From: Gammaproteobacteria bacterium
GTDB taxonomy: Bacteria > Pseudomonadota > Gammaproteobacteria > Thiohalomonadales > Thiohalomonadaceae
Direction: 5' to 3'
DNA: 32,000 nucleotides
Assembly (NCBI GenBank): GCA_041685115.1
Contig: JAWLGK010000017.1
Coordinates: forward strand, 27,712-59,711
Under the pieces are notes generated by a model. That model saw only the letters and a program-made list of their open reading frames with translations. It was not told where the DNA came from and did not search any database. A program made the translations under genes and the position numbers. Below, piece after piece: positions 24,661-32,000 of the stretch (the first letter of the stretch is position 1; every line of letters begins with the position of its first letter).

Positions 24661-24864
24661 TCAGTCGCCCGCTGTCACCACATGCATACTGCGTCGGGCG
24701 CGCATGGCAGCGAGTTGATCCTGATAGCCGATGATCAGGCCTTCCAGGATACCCCGGGCGATGAGGGCGTCGGTACCGTGTGGGGCCCGCCGGGCCTCGT
24801 GCAGGCGGTCCCGCAGCTCCTCGATCTGGTCCTCGAACTGTGCTTCCAATCCCCTGTCTTGCAT
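24661..24864 (-). CDS. hypothetical protein (67 aa)
   Basis: SD AAGAAGG lies upstream of ATG 24864. The protein is helical and charged. Confidence 0.5.
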   Translation of the reverse strand: MQDRGLEAQFEDQIEELRDRLHEARRAPHGTDALIARGILEGLIIGYQDQLAAMRARRSMHVVTAGD

Positions 24865-24947
24865 AAGCCTTCTTTATCTTTCCGTGTGGGAGGCAAAGTC
24901 TGTAAGGTAGACCACTGCCATCCTATTACAAGCGGAGAAAACCCTAA

Positions 24948-25286
24948 CTACCCCAGGGCTTTCACCTCCACCGACCAGGCGGTCCCCGGCGCGGCGGCGG
25001 GTTCGTGCTCGTAGCCGTGCACCCGCCGACCCTCGCTGGCGAGACCGCGCGCGTAGTAACGCTTCGCGGCCGCCACGAGTTCCTCGGACACACCTTCCGG
25101 CAACGCGTCGGGGGTGAGCAGCTCCGCGTGCAACTCGTCCACCTGCGGCCGATCCAGATGCACGATTTCCACCACCACCGGGTCGTGGGCAAGACCGCCG
25201 CTGACGAAGCGCGCCAGCACCCGGCCGAAGTTCGCTCCAAGCTCCTGGCGTAGACGCAGGTTGGCGTCGTAAAAGGTGACCTTCAC
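24948..25286 (-). CDS. hypothetical protein (112 aa)
   Basis: The GTG start overlaps the upstream stop (GTGA at 25283..25286). No family was recognised. Confidence 0.55.
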   Translation of the reverse strand: MKVTFYDANLRLRQELGANFGRVLARFVSGGLAHDPVVVEIVHLDRPQVDELHAELLTPDALPEGVSEELVAAAKRYYARGLASEGRRVHGYEHEPAAAPGTAWSVEVKALG

Positions 25287-25492
25287 CGCTCCGGGTCCCG
25301 GGCCGGGATGGTGCAGCCCAGACGTTTCATGGCGATGACATCCAGCACGCTCATGCCCGGCACCTTTTCCAGTTCATCGATGTGGCGGAACGGCCGGAAA
25401 CGCATGATGGTGCGGGCCGTCACCGGGCCCAGGTCGCACACCTGCTGCATCTCGTCCGCACTCGCGCGATTCAGGTCTACGTTGGTCGACAT
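25283..25492 (-). CDS. helix-hairpin-helix DNA-binding protein (ComEA-like, 69 aa)
   Basis: MSTNVDLNRASADEMQQVCDLGPVTARTIMRFRPFRHIDELEKVPGMS fits the ComEA-type pattern (N.A..eL..l.GiG...A..Iv..R). SD is AAGAGGTG. Only the last 69 codons of the 701-aa track ORF are used. Confidence 0.7.
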   Translation of the reverse strand: MSTNVDLNRASADEMQQVCDLGPVTARTIMRFRPFRHIDELEKVPGMSVLDVIAMKRLGCTIPARDPER

Positions 25493-25954
25493 GGCGGGCA
25501 CCTCTTTATGCTCAAAGCCTCGTCCATCACGGCCGATCCGTACACGCCGCGGACCGTGAAACTCGCTCGGTCCGGGCGTGACGCAGTCCGGGGCCGGCGT
25601 GGACACGGCGTTGCTGGCTTCATTGAATCCCTGCCCGAAGACCACCCACGAGGCGGGAAGGATCCCGTCAGCGCCGCTATGGGGCTTCTTCAGGCGGAAC
25701 CGGGATCTCCGTGATGCGGGACACGGACCGTCCATCAGGCGAGGGACGTTATGGGTGGTAAGCGACTTATCAGTCTTCGTCAGCCCGGTTTCCACTTTCC
25801 CGCTTGGGTGCCGCCCTGCATCGACCGCTCCGGCGCCCCATGTCTTCCGGAGCCCTCTGCACGCATGCGGTAATGTCCGTGAAAACAGGCACTTACCGCT
25901 TCCTCTCAGCGTGCACTGGGCCCGCCACGGTGCCTGGCCAGGGGGGCGATGGCT

Positions 25955-25970
25955 TGGCGTGTAATTTGCA
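25955..25970 (+). promoter_or_regulatory. sigma-54 (-24/-12) promoter candidate for the hydrogenase operon
   Basis: TGGCGTGTAATTTGCA fits the consensus TGGCACG-N4-TTGCW with exact GG/GC spacing. It lies about 70 bp upstream of the hybO ATG. Confidence 0.55.
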
Positions 25971-26038
25971 GGACGGGGGTGATTTCTAGAGCCGTACTTA
26001 TCACTACACCGATTGAGCCAGGGGGCGGAGGCGAACGG

Positions 26039-27175
26039 ATGACCAGTCACGATCACTTCGAATTGCTTGAGCAGCGGTTGGGTATCAGCCGCCGTGATTT
26101 CCTCAAGTTCTGTACCGGCGTCGCCGCGACCATGGGCCTGTCCACCTCCGAGGCCATGGCCATGGCCGAAGCGGTCGCCACGCCCCGCAAGCGCCCCGTG
26201 GTGATCTGGCTGCACGGCCAGGAATGCACCGGCCCCACCGAGTCGTTGCTGCGTGGCCAGCATCCCTCCCTGGAGCGCCTGATCCTGGAGATGATTTCGC
26301 TGGATTATCACCAGACCCTGGATGCCGGCGCGGGTCATGACGTGGAGGCCGCGAAGGATGCCTCCATCGCCGCCAACAAGGGCCAGTATCTGCTGGTGGT
26401 GGAAGGTTCCGTCCCCACCAAGGACGGCGGCATTTACTGCAAGATCGCCGGCAAGACCATGCTCGAGCACACCCGCGAGGCGGCCGAGCACGCGGCGGCC
26501 ATCATCGCCTTCGGTTCCTGCGCCTCCTGGGGCGGCGTGCAGTCCGTCGGCCCCAACCCCACCGAGGCCAAGGGCGTCGGCGCAATACTGGCGGGCAAGA
26601 CCGTGGTGAACCTGCCGGGCTGCCCGCCGAATCCCTACAACTTTCTCGCCACGGTGATGCACTTCCTCACCTTCGGCACCCTGCCCGAGCTGGACGGCGA
26701 AGGCCGCCCGAAGTTCGCCTACGGCCGTCTGGTGCACGAGAACTGCGAGCGCCGCCCGCACTTCGACGCCGGCCGCTTCGCCAAGGAGTTCGGCGATGAG
26801 GGTCACCGCAAGGGCTGGTGTCTGTACAAGCTCGGCTGCAAGGGTCCCGAGACCTATGCCAATTGTCCGGCGGTGGAGTTCAACGACATCGGCGGCGGCA
26901 CCTGGCCGGTGGGCGTTGGCCATCCCTGCTTCGGCTGCGCGCAGGAGGGCGTGGGTTTTGCCAAGCCGCTGTTCAGCTTGGCCGAGGTCAAGACCCACAC
27001 GCCGCCCAACGCCTTCCCGTTCATCAACGACCGCGAAGGCGTCTCTGGCGTGACCGCGGGCGCGGCGGCGGTGGCCGGTGCGGCCATCGGCGCGGTGGTG
27101 GGCGCAAGCGCGGTGGCCGCCTCGAAGCTCGGCAAATCCGAGGACGAAGCGAAGAACAGCGACAGCCGCGATTGA
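26039..27175 (+). CDS. hybO: [NiFe] hydrogenase small subunit, Hyd-2 (HybO) type, Tat-exported
   Basis: Tat signal ISRRDFLKF. The protein is collinear with E. coli HybO: GSCASWGG, NLPGCPPNP, HENCERRPHFDAGRFAKEFGDEGHRKGWCLYKLGCKGPETYANCP, GHPCFGCAQEG, and a C-terminal TM anchor. The N-terminal motif reads ECTGPTES where ECTGCTES is expected. Confidence 0.93.
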   Translation: MTSHDHFELLEQRLGISRRDFLKFCTGVAATMGLSTSEAMAMAEAVATPRKRPVVIWLHGQECTGPTESLLRGQHPSLERLILEMISLDYHQTLDAGAGHDVEAAKDASIAANKGQYLLVVEGSVPTKDGGIYCKIAGKTMLEHTREAAEHAAAIIAFGSCASWGGVQSVGPNPTEAKGVGAILAGKTVVNLPGCPPNPYNFLATVMHFLTFGTLPELDGEGRPKFAYGRLVHENCERRPHFDAGRFAKEFGDEGHRKGWCLYKLGCKGPETYANCPAVEFNDIGGGTWPVGVGHPCFGCAQEGVGFAKPLFSLAEVKTHTPPNAFPFINDREGVSGVTAGAAAVAGAAIGAVVGASAVAASKLGKSEDEAKNSDSRD

Positions 27176-27185
27176 GGGGACTGCC

Positions 27186-28154
27186 ATGAAGCGTCGAGAT
27201 TTCCTCAAGGCCGCGGCCGGCACCTCCGCGTTATGCGGAATGGGCGTCGCCGAAGCGCGGCCCAACCTGGAGCCGGCACCGCAGGCGGTGGGCATGCTGT
27301 TCGACTCCACCCTGTGCGTCGGCTGCAAGGCCTGCGTCGCCGCCTGCAAGGAGACCAACGGCATGCCGCCGGTGGCCGATGGCGACATCGATTACTACGA
27401 CTCCGCCCGTGACCTCTCGGGCGATACCCTGAATGTCATCAAGGTCTACCGCGACGGCAACGGCGCCACCAAGGACGCGGTGCAGGACGGTTTCGCCTTC
27501 GAGAAGCGCAGCTGCATGCACTGCGTGGACCCGGGCTGTGTCTCGGTGTGTCCGGTGACGGCCATGCGCCGCGACCCGCTCACGGGCATCGTCAGCTACC
27601 ACGCCGACGTGTGCATCGGCTGCCGCAACTGCATGGTGGGCTGCCCCTACAACGTGCCGCAGTACCAGTTCGACAAGACCTTCGGCCAGATCGCCAAGTG
27701 TCAGATGTGCAACCAGCCCGGCGTGGAGCGCATCAGCAAGGGCGGCATCACCGCCTGCGCCGAGGCCTGCCCCACGGGCGCGACCCTGTTCGGCTCGCGT
27801 GAGGCGCTGCTCGCCGAGGCCAAACGCCGCCTGGCGCTGAAGCCTGGTGAGATCTACAGCTACCCGCTCGGCGACGTGCGCAAGCCCTACCGTCGCCACG
27901 AGAAAGCGGCGCCCGCCTACATGCCCCACGTATGGGGCGAGCGCGAGGCCGGCGGCACGAACGTGATGCACATCGCGGCCATTCCCTTCGACAAGCTGGG
28001 CATGCCGCCGCTCGGCGAGCGCTCCGCGGTGTCGGTGGCCGAAGGCGTGCAGCATGCGCTCTACAGCTACTTCGCGCTGCCCGCCATCGCCCTCGCCGGG
28101 CTCACCTACGTGGTCAGGCGCAACACCGACAAGAACGACGGAGGTGAGTCATGA
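27186..28154 (+). CDS. hybA: hydrogenase-2 ferredoxin-type Fe-S electron-transfer subunit, Tat-exported
   Basis: Tat signal KRRDFLKA. Motifs seen: LFDSTLCVGCKACVAACKE, CMHCVDPGCVSVCPV, CIGCRNCMVGCPYNVP, KCQMCNQ...ACAEACPTGA. The protein is collinear with E. coli HybA, including the C-terminal TM helix. Confidence 0.9.
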   Translation: MKRRDFLKAAAGTSALCGMGVAEARPNLEPAPQAVGMLFDSTLCVGCKACVAACKETNGMPPVADGDIDYYDSARDLSGDTLNVIKVYRDGNGATKDAVQDGFAFEKRSCMHCVDPGCVSVCPVTAMRRDPLTGIVSYHADVCIGCRNCMVGCPYNVPQYQFDKTFGQIAKCQMCNQPGVERISKGGITACAEACPTGATLFGSREALLAEAKRRLALKPGEIYSYPLGDVRKPYRRHEKAAPAYMPHVWGEREAGGTNVMHIAAIPFDKLGMPPLGERSAVSVAEGVQHALYSYFALPAIALAGLTYVVRRNTDKNDGGES

Positions 28155-29290
28155 GTGCCTATCGGCCGTTGGGCGGACGCATCCTCACACCCACCGTGCT
28201 CGGCCTCGGCGCGCTGGCCGCCATCGGGTTTTTCTTCCTCGCCATCCGCTTCATCAGCGGCATGGGCGCGGTGACCAACCTGAACGGCGGTTACGGCTGG
28301 GGCATCTGGGTGGTGTACGACGTGGTGGTGGGCACGGCCTTCGCGTGCGGTGGCTACGCCCTCGCCATCACCGTCTATGTGCTCAACAAGGGTCGGTACC
28401 ACCCGCTGGTGCGGCCGGCCTTGCTGGCGAGCCTGCTCGGCTATGCGCTCGGCGGTTTCGGCGCATTCTTCGACATGGGCCGCTGGTGGCAGTTTTACGA
28501 GATCCTGTTGCCGTGGAACTGGAACTTCAACTCGGTGATGCTGGAAGTGGGCCTGTGCGTGATGGCCTACATCGTGGTGCTGGCCATCGAGTTCTCGCCC
28601 GCCTTCCTGGAGCGCCTCGGCCTGCGCGACATCCAAGCCAAGCTGAACAAGCTGCTGTTCCTGTTCATCGCCATCGGCGTGCTGCTGCCCACCATGCATC
28701 AGTCGTCCCTGGGTTCGCTGCTCATTGCCATGGGCCACAAGGTCCATCCGCTGTGGCAGGCCATGGAGCTGATGCCGCTGCTGGCCATCGTCACTGCGGT
28801 GACCATGGGCTTCTCCATCGTGCTGTTCGAGGCCTCCATGGTCACGGTGGGTTTCCGGCGCCCCTCCGAAAGCCATCTGCTGTCGGGACTGGCGCGGGCC
28901 ATCACCGGCCTCGTCGCGGTGTACCTGGTGATCCGCTTCGGCGAACTGCTGGTGCGCGGCAAGCTCGGTCTCGCGTTTGCCTTCGACTTCGCCGCGCTGA
29001 TGTTCTGGATCGAGACCGCGCTGTTCCTGGTGCCGCTGGTGGTGCTGTCCTCGCCGGCAAAACGCAACAGCGGCCGCGCGCTCCTCATTGCCGCGGTCTC
29101 CATGTTGTTTGCAGGCGCGCTGTGGCGCTTCAACGCCTATCTCATCACCTTCAATCCGGGGCCGGGCTACAGCTACTTCCCGTCGGTGCCGGAGATCATG
29201 GTGACGGTGGGCATCGTGGCCTTCGAAGTGCTGGTCTACATCGTGCTCGTGCGCCTGCTGCCGGTGCTGCACGACGCCCGCCATGCCTGA
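28151..29290 (+). CDS. hybB: hydrogenase-2 integral membrane subunit (NrfD/HybB family)
   Basis: ATGA overlap with hybA. The protein is polytopic and hydrophobic. N-terminus: LTPTVLGLGALAAIGFFFLAIRFISGMGAVTNLNGGYGWGIWVVYDVV, typical of NrfD/HybB. Confidence 0.88.
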   Translation: MSAYRPLGGRILTPTVLGLGALAAIGFFFLAIRFISGMGAVTNLNGGYGWGIWVVYDVVVGTAFACGGYALAITVYVLNKGRYHPLVRPALLASLLGYALGGFGAFFDMGRWWQFYEILLPWNWNFNSVMLEVGLCVMAYIVVLAIEFSPAFLERLGLRDIQAKLNKLLFLFIAIGVLLPTMHQSSLGSLLIAMGHKVHPLWQAMELMPLLAIVTAVTMGFSIVLFEASMVTVGFRRPSESHLLSGLARAITGLVAVYLVIRFGELLVRGKLGLAFAFDFAALMFWIETALFLVPLVVLSSPAKRNSGRALLIAAVSMLFAGALWRFNAYLITFNPGPGYSYFPSVPEIMVTVGIVAFEVLVYIVLVRLLPVLHDARHA

Positions 29291-29317
29291 TAAAGAATTG
29301 CCAGAGGAGAGAGCAAC

Positions 29318-31021
29318 GTGACGACGCGTATTACGGTGGATCCGGTAACCCGCATCGAAGGCCATCTGCGCATCGATGTGGAAGTGGACAACGGCAGGGT
29401 GACCAAGGCCTGGTCATCGGGCCAGATGTGGCGCGGCATCGAGAAGATCCTGGTGGGCCGCGACCCGCGCGAGGCCTGGCTGTTCACGCAGCGTTTCTGC
29501 GGCGTGTGCACCACCACCCACGCCATCACCTCGGTGCGCGCGGTGGAGAACGCCCTCGGCATGGAGGTACCGGTGAATGCGCAGCTGGTACGCAACATCA
29601 TCCAGACGGCACACACCATCCAGGACCATATCGTGCACTTCTATCACCTCTCGGCGGTGGACTGGGTCGATGTGGTATCCGCGCTCAAGGCCGATCCGAA
29701 GAAGGCCGCCCAGCTGGCCGAGAGCCTGTCCGATTGGCACCTGAATGGCCCGCATGAGATGAAGGCGGTACAGGATCGCCTGAAGACCTTCGTGAACAGC
29801 GGCCAACTCGGGCCTTTCGCCACGGGCTACTGGGGCCACCCGGCCATGAAGCTGCCGCCCGAGGTGAACCTCATGGCGGTGGCGCATTACCTCCAGGCAC
29901 TGGAGGTCCAGAACTACGCCAACAAGATCGTCGCCGTGCTCGGCGGCAAGTCGCCGCACATCCAGAACCTCGCCGTGGGCGGCATCAGCAACGCCATCAA
30001 CATGAACAGCCAGTCGGTGCTGAACATGGAGCGGCTGATGATGATCAAGGGCTGGATGGACAAGCTCGAACACTTCGTAAAGTCGGTGTACCTGACCGAC
30101 GTGCCCGCCATCGGCGCCTTCTATCTGGACTGGGCCGGCTACGGCAAGGGCATCACCAACTACCTGGCCGTGCCCGATTGCCCGCAGGACAGCAAGGGCA
30201 CGGTGTTCGATCTGCCCGGCGGCTACATCGAGAACGGCGACCTCAGCACCTTCAAGCCCATCCTCACCCATGGCGACGCGTACTTCCGCGACGGCGTGGC
30301 GGAGAGTTCCAAGCATGCCTGGTATCACGGTGACCAGCCGCTGCATCCGTACGACGGTGAAACCGAGCCCAACTACACGGACTTCCAGGACGACGGTAAG
30401 TACTCCTGGGTCAAGGCGCCCACCTTCTACGGCAAGCGCGCTCAGGTGGGACCGCTGGCCCATGTGCTGGTGCTGGTGGCCGCGGGCCACGAGGGCGCGA
30501 AGCGCTACCTCGATCAGGCCATGGGCACCCTGCGTGCCGTGTCCAAGAACCCCAACATCCCGCTCGATGCGCTGCATTCCACCATTGGCCGCCACGCCGC
30601 CCGCTCGGTACGCGCCAGCATGATGCTCGACACCCTCGAGCAGCAGTGGCAGAAGCTCATCGACAACATCGCCACGGGCGACACCGAAATCTTCAATCCG
30701 CCGGTGTTCCCCAAGGGCGAGGTGCGCGGCTTCGGCTTCCACGAGGCGCCCCGTGGTGCACTGTCGCACTGGGTGGTCATCGAGGACGGGAAGATCAAGA
30801 ATTACCAGGCGGTAGTGCCCAGCACCTGGAACTCCGGCCCGCGCGACCAGAACGACGAGCTCGGCCCCTACGAGGCGTCGCTCATGGACAATCCGGTGGC
30901 GGATCCGAAACAGCCGCTGGAGGTGCTGCGCACCGTACACTCGTTCGATCCCTGCATCGCCTGCGCCATCCACATGGTGGACACGGAGCAGCAGGAAATC
31001 GTCAAGGTCAAGGCGCTGTGA
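29318..31021 (+). CDS. hybC: [NiFe] hydrogenase large subunit, Hyd-2 (HybC) type
   Basis: GTG start after GAGGAGAG. Motifs seen: DPVTRIEGHLRI, QRFCGVCTTTHA, HFYHLSAVDWVD, and C-terminal HSFDPCIACAIH followed by a 15-aa extension (MVDTEQQEIVKVKAL) expected to be removed by the maturation protease. Confidence 0.96.
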   Translation: MTTRITVDPVTRIEGHLRIDVEVDNGRVTKAWSSGQMWRGIEKILVGRDPREAWLFTQRFCGVCTTTHAITSVRAVENALGMEVPVNAQLVRNIIQTAHTIQDHIVHFYHLSAVDWVDVVSALKADPKKAAQLAESLSDWHLNGPHEMKAVQDRLKTFVNSGQLGPFATGYWGHPAMKLPPEVNLMAVAHYLQALEVQNYANKIVAVLGGKSPHIQNLAVGGISNAINMNSQSVLNMERLMMIKGWMDKLEHFVKSVYLTDVPAIGAFYLDWAGYGKGITNYLAVPDCPQDSKGTVFDLPGGYIENGDLSTFKPILTHGDAYFRDGVAESSKHAWYHGDQPLHPYDGETEPNYTDFQDDGKYSWVKAPTFYGKRAQVGPLAHVLVLVAAGHEGAKRYLDQAMGTLRAVSKNPNIPLDALHSTIGRHAARSVRASMMLDTLEQQWQKLIDNIATGDTEIFNPPVFPKGEVRGFGFHEAPRGALSHWVVIEDGKIKNYQAVVPSTWNSGPRDQNDELGPYEASLMDNPVADPKQPLEVLRTVHSFDPCIACAIHMVDTEQQEIVKVKAL

Positions 31022-31038
31022 AGCCGAGGAAAACCACC

Positions 31039-31623
31039 ATGCGCGTAATGAACAAGAAAACCATTTCCCGCGCCGCCGCACTGGCGTTGCTCACCGGCCC
31101 CACGCTGGCCTTTGCCCACACCGGTCATTACGACGGCGGCGGGCTGATGCACGGCCTGATGCATCCGCTGGGCGGACTCGACCACCTGCTTGCCATGGTG
31201 GCCGTGGGCCTGTGGGCCGCTTACGCGGGCGGCCGTGCGCTGTGGGCGCTGCCGGCGGCGTTCGTCGGCATGATGTTGGCCGGGGCCATGCTCGGCTTCG
31301 CCGGCATCGCCCTGCCGTTCATGGAGCCGCTGATCCTCGCCTCGGTGGTGGTGCTGGGCCTGCTGGTCGCCTTCAACGTGCGTATGCCGCTCATGCCGGG
31401 CATGGCGCTCATTGCACTGTTCGGGGTTTTCCACGGTCAGGCCCACGCCCTTGAGATGTCCGCGGGCGCGGGCGCGCTCGCCTATGCCGCGGGCTTCGCC
31501 AGCGTCACGGCGCTGCTGCACGCCAGCGGCATCGCCCTCGGCCAGTGGCTGCTTGCGGGTCGCGGTGCACGGCTCATCGGTCTCGGCATGGCCTCCGCGG
31601 GCGTGTTCATGGCCGTGGGTTGA
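31039..31623 (+). CDS. hupE: HupE/UreJ-family nickel transporter
   Basis: Signal peptide, then AHTGH and HPLGGLDHLLAMVAVGLWA, a second FHGQAH motif, and about 6 TM segments. Confidence 0.85.
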   Translation: MRVMNKKTISRAAALALLTGPTLAFAHTGHYDGGGLMHGLMHPLGGLDHLLAMVAVGLWAAYAGGRALWALPAAFVGMMLAGAMLGFAGIALPFMEPLILASVVVLGLLVAFNVRMPLMPGMALIALFGVFHGQAHALEMSAGAGALAYAAGFASVTALLHASGIALGQWLLAGRGARLIGLGMASAGVFMAVG

Positions 31624-31636
31624 CCTGGGGAGGGTT

Positions 31637-31944
31637 GATCTCGCCAAGGTGCGAAGATCGCCAAGATAAAGCGGAAAGCTTGGCTTAGCCCCCTCTCCCT
31701 CCGGGCTGTCTCTTAGTCACATCATTTCTAGGAGAGACAGAAGCTTGCGTCCCTTCTCCCTCCGGGAGAAGGACAGGATGAGGGGATCAATAAACCAACG
31801 GCCGCATCTGAATTGATCCCCTCTCCCCAGCCCTCTCCCGGAGGGAGAGGGGGCAAGAAGGACGGCTACAACGGAAAAATGTGACCAAGAGACAGCCCTC
31901 CGGGACATCTTCAACATTGGCGATCTTCGCGCCTTGGCGATATC
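31637..31944. repeat. about 310-bp nested-palindrome MITE-like element between hupE and hybD
   Basis: The outer TIR GATCTCGCCAAGGTGCGAAGATCGCCAAG (31637..31665) pairs with 31917..31944 with 2-3 mismatches. Nested inverted repeats are GGGCTGTCTCTT(A/G)GTCACAT and GAGGGGATCAAT...ATTGATCCCCTC, plus CCCTCTCCC/GGGAGAGGG palindromes. Confidence 0.8.
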
Positions 31945-31970
31945 CAAGTAATCAACGAGGAAAACTCACT

Positions 31971-32000
31971 GTGTCGCGCATTCTGGTGCTCGGTCTGGGC
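31971..32000 (+). CDS. hybD: hydrogenase maturation endopeptidase, N-terminal 10 codons only
   Basis: GTG 31971 after GAGGAA encodes VSRILVLGLG, which matches the HybD/HyaD N-terminus (MRILVLGVGN...). The gene is in the expected position in a hyb operon. Confidence 0.6.
   Translation, partial: MSRILVLGLG

Noticed and set aside
25283-27388. 701-aa minus-strand ORF, the longest in the track
   Set aside because: It runs antisense to hybO and the start of hybA. It reads as low-complexity Ala/Gly/Arg-rich sequence, typical of the opposite strand of a high-GC gene. Only its last 69 codons (25283..25492, the HhH protein) have an SD and a recognisable fold motif.
28106-29365. 419-aa minus-strand ORF
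   Set aside because: It is antisense to hybB. It is His/Gln/Arg/Glu-rich with no membrane or domain logic.
29414-31081. 555-aa minus-strand ORF
   Set aside because: It is antisense to hybC, which is unambiguous from its full-length motif match. This is a high-GC antisense artefact.

Overview
High-GC proteobacterial chromosome, read by eye with no database searches. Family names rest on motif recognition. Three parts. (1) Housekeeping backbone: rpoZ (partial) and gmk on the left. On the right, yicC, a Ser/Thr kinase + PP2C phosphatase pair, rph, rdgB and hemW. These are followed by small genes (CPXCG zinc protein, Rof-like, membrane peptide), a ROK sugar kinase and a 646-aa orphan with a PilZ-like C-terminus. 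(2) A 14,035-bp island (1030..15064) lies between gmk and yicC. It is bounded by a perfect 19-bp direct repeat and carries a P4-type tyrosine integrase at one end. Its content looks like a phage satellite: two AlpA regulators, an XRE regulator, a TOPRIM/DnaB-like primase-helicase, two tandem TerS-like genes, HigBA, two small lipoproteins and many ORFans. It has no recognisable capsid, portal, TerL or tail gene. This island is the best candidate for undescribed biology, particularly its accessory spots. Those are a low-GC orphan gene next to int, an acidic 113-aa protein flanked by hairpin-rich noncoding DNA, 12-bp iterons, and the ORFan block. (3) A Hyd-2-type [NiFe] hydrogenase operon hybO-hybA-hybB-hybC-hupE-(hybD partial) with a good sigma-54 promoter match. 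In HybO, the second Cys of the conserved CxGC proximal-cluster motif is replaced by Pro. Intergenic DNA holds several nested palindromic MITE/REP-like elements, including a family with 18-bp terminal inverted repeats on both sides of rdgB. No tRNA, rRNA or CRISPR was found. Many long ORFs in the track are antisense or overlapping-frame artefacts of high GC.
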